Source: Candidatus Bathyarchaeota archaeon
GTDB lineage: Archaea; Thermoproteota; Bathyarchaeia; Bathyarchaeales; Bathycorpusculaceae
NCBI GenBank assembly: GCA_963775895.1
Contig: CAVZKL010000005.1
Location: forward strand, 1-37,045
Length of the DNA stretch: 37,045 nucleotides
Direction of reading: 5' to 3'
Under the pieces are notes generated by a model. It was not told the DNA's origin. It did no database searches and was given only the letters and a program-made list of their open reading frames with translations. Every line of letters begins with the position of its first letter. The first letter of the stretch is position 1. The position numbers and the translations under genes were made by a program. Shown here in pieces: positions 30,636 through 37,045 of the stretch.

Positions 30636-30926
30636 TCAGCCGCCGCTGACGACGGGCATCAGGGTAACGTGATCTCCGCCTTTAAGTTTTGTTTCAACGC
30701 CTTTCAACTGGTTTAGAAGGTATCCGTTGACGGTGGCCATGAAGTTTGATTTGACGTCTTTTCCGCCTGACTCGTAGACGGCTTTTTTGAACGGGTCTCC
30801 GTATTTTCTGGACAGCTTGACGAGTAGGTCGGCGACTGAGGCGTTTTCTTCAATATCGATTTCCTCTTGTCTCTTGCTGCCAACGATGTTTCGAATGTGG
30901 CCCAAGTATTCTACTGTGACTTTCAA
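30636..30926 (-). CDS. MoaD/SAMP ubiquitin-like beta-grasp protein
   Basis: 96 aa, VNG motif, ends in MPVVSGG (di-glycine). Confidence 0.9.
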   Translation of the reverse strand: MKVTVEYLGHIRNIVGSKRQEEIDIEENASVADLLVKLSRKYGDPFKKAVYESGGKDVKSNFMATVNGYLLNQLKGVETKLKGGDHVTLMPVVSGG

Positions 30927-30979
30927 TCCGTAGGCACCTGTCTAACAATTACATGAATTAGTGTTCGTATTTATTCATT

Positions 30980-31327
30980 TCAGTCTATATCCGCAGAGTT
31001 TGCTTTGAGCGTCCGATGTCCCTCGCCATATTGATATTCTCTGTTCTTGTTTTTTTGAAGCTTCTTCTCAAAAGCCTCGTCCATGTTGATGGACGGACAT
31101 GCAAGTCGGCTTGTATCCAAGACGTAGAAGATCACGTCGACTAGTTCTTCGGCTATGTTTTCTTCGTTCGCGCCTTTCTTCCAAGCATCGCTTGCTTCTC
31201 CGAGTTCAATGAAGGCGAAAAGCAGCTTCTTCGGAATATCCTCTTTTTCGTTGTAGAATCCTTTCTGAATAACCAGTCGTTCAATCTCTTTCTTCATCTC
31301 TTCTAAGTGCAAGGACTTGATCTCCAA
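30980..31327 (-). CDS. MazG-like all-alpha NTP pyrophosphohydrolase
   Basis: ELGEASDAWKK...AEELVDVIFY (ExxE...ExxD) and KKLQKNKNR.Y. Confidence 0.85.
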   Translation of the reverse strand: MEIKSLHLEEMKKEIERLVIQKGFYNEKEDIPKKLLFAFIELGEASDAWKKGANEENIAEELVDVIFYVLDTSRLACPSINMDEAFEKKLQKNKNREYQYGEGHRTLKANSADID

Positions 31328-31565
31328 GGTTTTTGTGCAAGTTACTCGTTATTTGGGTTTCTATTTGGAGAGTTGGTTTGGATCTCATAAACTTGATGAG
31401 CGCGTGCATTTCGTTTCGCAGCGCACGCAAACGACAGGGCAATTTTCGATTCTGAAGCGGCACTCGGGAAAAAGGTTTCTGCGACTCTGCTGCTGAAAGA
31501 AGATGAGCTGAAACAGGGCGATTATGAGATGAAGTTTCAAGAGTTCTCCGAGGCCGTCTAAAAGC

Positions 31566-31964
31566 TCACAGAGTCTCAGCCAGTTTCTTGACTTTCTCTT
31601 CGATTTCTCTGTAGATCTCTTCTGCGTCACTGGGCGTCATGGAGTAAGGGTCTTCGATGTTCCAGACGACCGTTTTGTCCTCGCACGATGGGCACATGAT
31701 GGTGACTGCGATTTTGTGTCGTTGCTGCATTGCAATGATCAGGTCGTAGTCTTCGAGCTGTTTCGAAGCCAGAGGTTCAGGAAGCGGTTTGAGATATTGC
31801 TCGGCGTTTTCTCTCGCCAAGTAGGCTCGCACTTCCTCTGCAATCGGGATGACGACGCGTATTCCCGCAGAATCTACGGTCAAATCAGGTCTGAGCTTCT
31901 TTAACAACGCTTCGGCTAACGGACTGCGATGTGCGTTGCCGGAACATACGAACAGGACTTTCAT
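31566..31964 (-). CDS. Low-molecular-weight phosphatase/ArsC family protein
   Basis: P-loop VCSGNAHRS, DSAG, DLIIAM and WNIEDPY. Confidence 0.88.
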   Translation of the reverse strand: MKVLFVCSGNAHRSPLAEALLKKLRPDLTVDSAGIRVVIPIAEEVRAYLARENAEQYLKPLPEPLASKQLEDYDLIIAMQQRHKIAVTIMCPSCEDKTVVWNIEDPYSMTPSDAEEIYREIEEKVKKLAETL

Positions 31965-32001
31965 TGAGAGTCTGTACGCCTGTACTTGGTTTGATGATTG
32001 G

Positions 32002-32090
32002 TGGCGCCGGGAGTGGGACTCGAACCCGCGCGGCCCAGAAGGGCCGACTGGCTCTCAAGGCCAGCGCATTATCCACTCTGCCATCCCGGC
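32002..32090 (-). tRNA. tRNA-Ser(TGA), intronless, CCA encoded
   Basis: Acceptor stem GCCGGGA/TCCCGGC, G73 and CCA; anticodon arm CTGGC-CTTGAGA-GCCAG; long variable arm CGGCCC-TTCT-GGGCCG; T loop TTCGAGT. Confidence 0.95.
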
Positions 32091-32117
32091 TCGCTTTAGC
32101 AGTTTACTTTGGGGTTT

Positions 32118-32131
32118 CTTAAAATCTTTTC
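32118..32131 (-). promoter_or_regulatory. BRE/TATA promoter of tRNA-Ser
   Basis: The - strand reads GAAAAGATTTTAAG ~28 nt upstream of the mature 5' end. Confidence 0.55.
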
Positions 32132-32223
32132 ATTTCGTTCTGAGGCAAGTTTGTTTGGGTGGTTGTGGGGCGTCAAGCATTAATAGTGCTTTTCTGGGTA
32201 TTTGGTGGTGTCTGGTGGGTTGC

Positions 32224-32922
32224 GTGGACGGTTACTTGGTGTATGCTTCGTCGGCTCTGGTTGTGATGGGCGTTGTGGCTTTGGTGTTGTCGTTTGTTTT
32301 TCGGTTGAGGCGGAACAGGTTGGAGGCTGTTGCGGAGGGTTCGGTGGCGACGGTTTTTGATAGGACGTTTGCGGTTTTTGATCCTTACGGTGGGAAGAGG
32401 ACGATTTTTCACAGGTTTTTGGCTCTTATGGCTTTTGTTCCTCTGGTGGGTGGTGTGGGACTGTCGCTGCTTGTGTTCGTTATGATTGGTTCGGGTTTGT
32501 TCTTGACGCTTCTGGTGGTGATTTTGGCTCTGGGTCTGATCGTTGTGGAGGAATCGTCTGAGGCTTACTCTGAGTCTAGAGCGCTTGTGAGGGCGGTCGA
32601 GGGCAGGAGCAGACTGGGAGTGGGTGACGTGAAGCTTCTTAAGGTGACGAGGATGATGTTGACGCGGTTGACGTTCTATTATTTGGGGTTGGGGGTGGCT
32701 CTTTTTGCGTTGGCGGCGGTTTTGCCGTACGTGTGGTCTGGGGCTTTGCTCTATTTTGCGGTGGTTTTGAGTTACGTGTTTAGGTTGAGCGCGATGTTTG
32801 GGCCGGCTGGGTGGATGTTGACGCTAGTTCTCTTCGTGGTCATGATGGGCGGTTTCATTGCCGTGGTTTCGTTTGTCAAGAACCGGCTGTTTGGTTATCA
32901 CCTAGAAGGCGTGATCGTTTAG
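32224..32922 (+). CDS. Hypothetical multi-pass membrane protein
   Basis: About 5-6 hydrophobic segments. The start is re-called at about GTG32224 because the track ORF runs through the tRNA and its promoter. Confidence 0.65.
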   Translation: MDGYLVYASSALVVMGVVALVLSFVFRLRRNRLEAVAEGSVATVFDRTFAVFDPYGGKRTIFHRFLALMAFVPLVGGVGLSLLVFVMIGSGLFLTLLVVILALGLIVVEESSEAYSESRALVRAVEGRSRLGVGDVKLLKVTRMMLTRLTFYYLGLGVALFALAAVLPYVWSGALLYFAVVLSYVFRLSAMFGPAGWMLTLVLFVVMMGGFIAVVSFVKNRLFGYHLEGVIV

Positions 32923-33328
32923 GTCACAGCCGCGTTATGGGCTTATTCGCTGAAAAAAAGCTTATTGTGCACCTCCCCTCCTCGGTTTCAATGTATCATG
33001 AATATTAGGATCCAAATATGCAGGTGCTCAGGCTGTTTTGGTTGAGTGGATGCGGCGGTTTTTTCGAAAACGGAGATGGAATTGAACTTTGTCTTCAAAC
33101 TTGAACGTTGGGATGATCAGAAAGTCTTTGAACGCGATCTAGCGGGGGGCAACGGGTGGCGCGTGAGTTCGTCAGAGGTTTCGTTCGGAATTTTGAAGGG
33201 ATATGTTGAGAGGTTGATGTTGCTGGGAAAGCATAAATACTCATCGAGTTATTTTCTATTCGTCATTTGAACCTTTGTGGTGCGTAGTTAGGGGTTCATT
33301 AGAAGAAATCTTGAATTGGGTGTGTTGT

Positions 33329-34268
33329 TTGGCGTCCCAGTCGGTCTTGAACGTTTCGAACTTGACTAAGTATTATGGTAAGTTCAAGGCTTTGGACTCG
33401 GTTTCTTTCAGAGTGGATAAGGGTTGGGTGTACGGCTATCTGGGGCCTAACGGGGCGGGCAAAACAACTACCATAAGACTGATGCTGGGTCTTCTCAAAC
33501 CGAATGAAGGAGAAGTCCAGATAACTGGAATAAACCCGTCGAAAGACGCCGTTCACGCTCTTGAGCTCGTTGGGTATGCTTCGGAGCTTCCGACGCTTCA
33601 GACCTTTTTCACGGCAGAGCAATTGCTTGACTTCATGGGCAGAATGTTCGGGCTGCCTGTTCAGGCAAGGAAGGAAAAGATTAGGCAGCTCTTGGACCTT
33701 GTGGGTTTGACAGAATGGGGCAAGAGAAGAATTGGAAAATACAGTAAGGGTATGGTTCAGAGGCTGTCAGTCGCGGTTGCCCTCGTCAATGATCCCATGG
33801 TTCTGATCATGGATGAGCCCACCATAGGTATGGACCCAGAGGCCACGGCGCACTTCAGAGACCTCTTCACGAATCTCTCAAAGGAAGGCAAGACCATTTT
33901 TATTTCGTCTCATCTCTTGGACGAGGTTCAGCGAATTTGCACTCACGTCGGAATGATAAACAAGGGAAAAATCGTGTTCACGGGTGCGATCGATCAGATG
34001 TTGGAAGCTTTTACTCAACAGTGGGTCGTGGAAGCTGAACTGGAAAAAGTAACGGAAGACATAGTGTCAAGTCTCAAAGAACTTGACTTCGTGAGCGCTG
34101 TGACAGTAGAAGGAAAACAAGCTGATGATACAGCTGAAGGAGAAGAAAGACGTCAGGGGCGAAATCTCCTCAGAAATCTTCAAGCAAAAAGGAGTCCTGC
34201 TTGCCCTGAACCTCAGAAAGATCACGCTGGAAGACGCTTATCTTCAAGCTCTGAAAGGAGGCCAATAA
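33329..34268 (+). CDS. ABC-2 type exporter ATP-binding protein, frameshift near 34115
   Basis: Walker A GPNGAGKT, signature YSKGM, Walker B MDEP and SSH. The corrected C-terminus reads NKLMIQL...TLEDAYLQALKGGQ* and ends at 34268. Confidence 0.9.
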
Positions 34269-34269
34269 C

Positions 34270-35086
34270 ACGGGCGCCCTAGGCAGAGTCGGAGTGATCG
34301 CTGGATATGAATGGAGGCGAGCCCTGGCTAAAAAGAAAATTCTCGCTCTCGTAATTCTTGTCGTAGCATTTCAAACGTTAGTGATGGTGGCGCTTTCGCG
34401 CGTGAGCTTCATGACGAACGGCGCTGGATCCTTCATGTGGATTTTCGGGGTGCTGGAAGGCCAGAGTTTCTTCCTTCCGTTGATAGCCATCATAATTGCT
34501 GGCGGTTCAATGTCTGAAGAATACGAGCACGGAACAGCTGACATACTGCTCTCCAAACCTATTACGCGAATCGAGTACTTGTCTGGCAAATTCTTGGGCG
34601 GATTCTCTGTGTTGGCCATGATTGAAGCCTTGACGACCTTCGTGGGCGTTGTCCTGTCACTCGTGCTTTTTGGTTCACAGAGCAGTCTTCAATTCTCCCC
34701 GTTGATGTTCTTGGCGATCGTGTACTCTTCTCTGGTATTCTTCTGCCTCTCGTTCATGTTAAGCGAAGTTTTCAGAGGAAGTACCCTCGCCATGTTAGGC
34801 TGCGTTAGGGACACTTTTTGCTTCATCGATCATGGGTGGGATCTTGAGTCTGATCGCTGAACCCTCATACATTTACGTGGTCAGAGGTGTTCCAACGTGG
34901 GCGGCTGGAAACTTCCCGTCACTTCTTTTGAGCGAATTGATGACCGCACCAAGCGGCGTGCTTCCCAGCGCTGACCTCACGGCTCTTTACGAGGCGGCTT
35001 CGATAATAGCAGTTTACGCAATCGTCTTGACCGTGATAGCAGCCTACAGACTCCTCAAGTCGGATGTTACGAAGAAGACAGCCTAA
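34270..35086 (+). CDS. ABC-2 type permease, frameshift near 34798
   Basis: SMSEEYEHGTADILLSKPITRIEYLSGKF motif. The 34294 and 34832 ORFs join after removing one G. Confidence 0.85.
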
Positions 35087-35165
35087 CGACAAGCGCGCGC
35101 AGTTTAGATTTGAGAACAAGTTATAATCCACAATTTCAGATCATCGATCCTAAGAGAGTGACGAT

Positions 35166-35668
35166 TTGAGTTCCGAAGAGGAAGAAATCAACAGACTTTT
35201 GAAAAGGGCCGCGGAGGACGCTGGAAAAGACGAGCTTCAAGATGCAGCTGAAGAAATGTCTCGAGCACGACGGATCGCTAAGAGAACTGAGAATGAGAGA
35301 CTGATCAAGCAAGTTGAGGCAAAGGCAAAAGAAATCTTCGGAAAGCACAGACACACGACTGAAACGCAGCCGATCCGGATGGACCCGGTGAAGGCGTACG
35401 GTTTCATATTGGACATCGGGGGAGGAGGAGAAGGAATCATCGGCAAACTTAACGGAAGACAGGTTATTGCCATCGACACGAGTGAAGAGGAACTGCAAGA
35501 AACAAAGATGATGCTTTAAAAGTTGTGATGGACGCTACAGACTTGAAATTTCTGCCGAGGTCCTTCCAAACCGTTACGAACAGTTCACCCTGGAAGTTTC
35601 GAGATCACAAGGCGCGCCTTTTTAGCTCATTCGCATCTGAGCGTATCGTTAGGTCTTTTTTGTGTTGA
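35166..35668 (+). pseudogene. Truncated class I SAM-dependent methyltransferase with helical N-terminal extension
   Basis: Motif I ILDIGGGGEG and IAID. After a frameshift (~35508) it continues DALKVVMDATDLKFLPRSFQTVT, then resemblance is lost at ~35580. Confidence 0.65.
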
Positions 35669-35775
35669 AGAAAACGAAAATCGAAAGCGTCTCGGATTGT
35701 CTTGGTTAAAGTACTAATACAACTTGGAATCACATTAGGGAATTGACATGAAGGAGAATAGGAGGTGATTGTTCT

Positions 35776-36186
35776 ATGGAAGATTCGACCTTGTATAGGG
35801 CAAGGATTTCTGTGCTGTGGCTGTTTGCGGTAGTTGCTTGGTTAGGTTACTTGATATTGAAGCTTATGGAGCCAGGAGTAATAGAGACGATTCTTTCGTT
35901 GGGGGAATACGAAGGCATGAAATTGGGACCTCAAATACTGCTGGCTTACGCATTCGTACTGTTGCTTCTGCTGGTAATGGCTTTTCTGTCCCTGACTTTG
36001 AAGTATTCGATAAATCGCTGGGCAAACATTATCGTGGGTATAGTCGTTACAGTTGTCGACCTCGGCGGTTTAATCGAGGTGCTACCAAAGCCTTCTGCCT
36101 ATGCGATACTGATTTGGGGTTCGAAGGTTGTGGTTGGAGCCTTGATCGTTTGGTACGCGTATAAGTGGCCAAAAGAGAAACCGTGA
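35776..36186 (+). CDS. Four-TM membrane protein (DUF6326-like)
   Basis: ISVLW...MAFLSLTLK...NRWANI...LIVWYAYKWP; strong SD GGAGGTGA. Confidence 0.7.
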   Translation: MEDSTLYRARISVLWLFAVVAWLGYLILKLMEPGVIETILSLGEYEGMKLGPQILLAYAFVLLLLLVMAFLSLTLKYSINRWANIIVGIVVTVVDLGGLIEVLPKPSAYAILIWGSKVVVGALIVWYAYKWPKEKP

Positions 36187-36338
36187 CAAGTCAAGTGCAG
36201 CTTTTCTTATCGTGCTTCCGAGCATCGATCTAGAGCGTGATGTCGAACGGGAAAGCGTAAGCGCCAGCCCGAAATGGTCGAAGAGTATGTTTAACGGTGG
36301 TAAGCCTATTGTAATGATGAATACGGGGAGGCACTCGC

Positions 36339-36839
36339 ATGAAAGGCAAATGGAAAATCCGACACAGTATTGACCCGGGAGATATAGGCTATCTCGTTTA
36401 TCTTCATGGAATCGCATACGCAAAAGAGTGTGGATACAACCAAACATTCGAAGCATACGTTGCGAGTGGACTTTCAGAATTTGTCCAATCATTCAGACCT
36501 GATAGAGATCGGATTTGGCTAGTGGAAACAGAAGGGCGAATTGTCGGTTCCATAGCCATTGTCGAGCATTCAAAAGTGGGCGCCCAACTTCGCTGGTTCC
36601 TAGTTCATCCTGACTACAGAGGGCTTGGTATTGGCAAAGAACTCCTGAAGGAAGCGCTTCGGTTCTGCAAGGAGAGCGAGTACAAAACCATATTTCTATG
36701 GACCACAAGCGAACTAACGGAAGCCGCCCATCTCTACACGCGCTTTGGATTCAGTAAGAGCGCGGAGAAAACGCACGAGATTTGGGGGAAGCAGGTCACA
36801 CAAGAAAGGTACGATCTGTGCTTACAAAACGATTCATGA
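36339..36839 (+). CDS. GNAT acetyltransferase (similar to the GNAT half of MarR-GNAT fusions)
   Basis: AQLRWFLVHPDYRGLGIGKEL acetyl-CoA motif; LWT...AAHLY..FGF. Confidence 0.88.
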   Translation: MKGKWKIRHSIDPGDIGYLVYLHGIAYAKECGYNQTFEAYVASGLSEFVQSFRPDRDRIWLVETEGRIVGSIAIVEHSKVGAQLRWFLVHPDYRGLGIGKELLKEALRFCKESEYKTIFLWTTSELTEAAHLYTRFGFSKSAEKTHEIWGKQVTQERYDLCLQNDS

Positions 36840-36991
36840 AGCCCACGAAACATGGACTTACCCCACCGACTAACTTCCGATTTTGCGGATTAGTTGACAG
36901 AACAAAGCTGCATTACTCAGTGAATTCAATCAAGGATTCCCCCATAATTCATAAAAACTGTGGCAGACAAAGCAGGACATGGTGATGCAGG

Positions 36992-37045
36992 TTGCTCGAA
37001 GGCAAAAATGTGAACTTGAAGATTATCGAGAAAGAGGATTTACCG
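36992..37045 (+). CDS. 5' end of a RimJ/RimL-type GNAT (runs off the window)
   Basis: TTG start after GGTGAT gives MLEGKNVNLKIIEKEDLP, a typical RimJ/RimL N-terminus. Confidence 0.6.
   Translation, partial: MLEGKNVNLKIIEKEDLP

Noticed and set aside
31385-31630. Cys-rich ORF (PECRFRIENCPVVCVRC) as a zinc ribbon
   Set aside because: The Cys spacing is incomplete, there is no good start and it overlaps the phosphatase gene; at most a remnant.
31849-32223. N-terminal part of the 357-aa ORF
   Set aside because: It is antisense to the phosphatase gene and the tRNA, and is probably open by chance.
33046-33270. 74-aa ORF upstream of the ABC ATPase
   Set aside because: It has no motif and contains the likely ABC promoter (GAAAGCATAAATA).
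1-37045. CRISPR arrays, integrases/transposases, rRNA, and the many antisense ORFs in the track
   Set aside because: I saw no repeat-spacer pattern, recombinase motif or rRNA sequence. The antisense ORFs are shadows of well-supported genes.

Overview
Archaeal chromosomal segment, most likely Bathyarchaeia or a related TACK lineage. This is inferred from the tetraether synthase, protein-disulfide oxidoreductase, SAMP/MoaD, archaeal tRNA-Ser, BRE/TATA promoters and an eL22-like gene. From left to right it carries: a copper/redox module (YHS, copA, PDO, Lrp, OsmC); class II ribonucleotide reductase; a methylmalonyl-CoA cluster (epimerase, acyl-CoA carboxyltransferase, keto-acid carboxyltransferase, biotin carrier, convergent mutase); hypF-hypC-hypD; an HhH-GPD glycosylase; an MFS transporter; tes; an acyl-CoA synthetase; a ModE-like regulator, hydrolase, flavin reductase and APC permease; an AT-richer accessory patch; housekeeping enzymes; tRNA-Ser(TGA); an ABC exporter; and GNATs. 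About eight genes carry single-base frameshifts, most likely uncorrected long-read errors. The best candidate for a new system is an ATP-independent archaeal transcarboxylase. Its 5S-type subunit appears to carry the docking helix and Trp hook normally found on biotin carboxylase, and no biotin carboxylase or Na+-pump subunit is in the cluster. Two further leads are an unannotated promoter-linked ~100-nt hairpin RNA with a CU-rich loop and a divergent eL22-like protein next to it. All calls are by eye; no searches were run.
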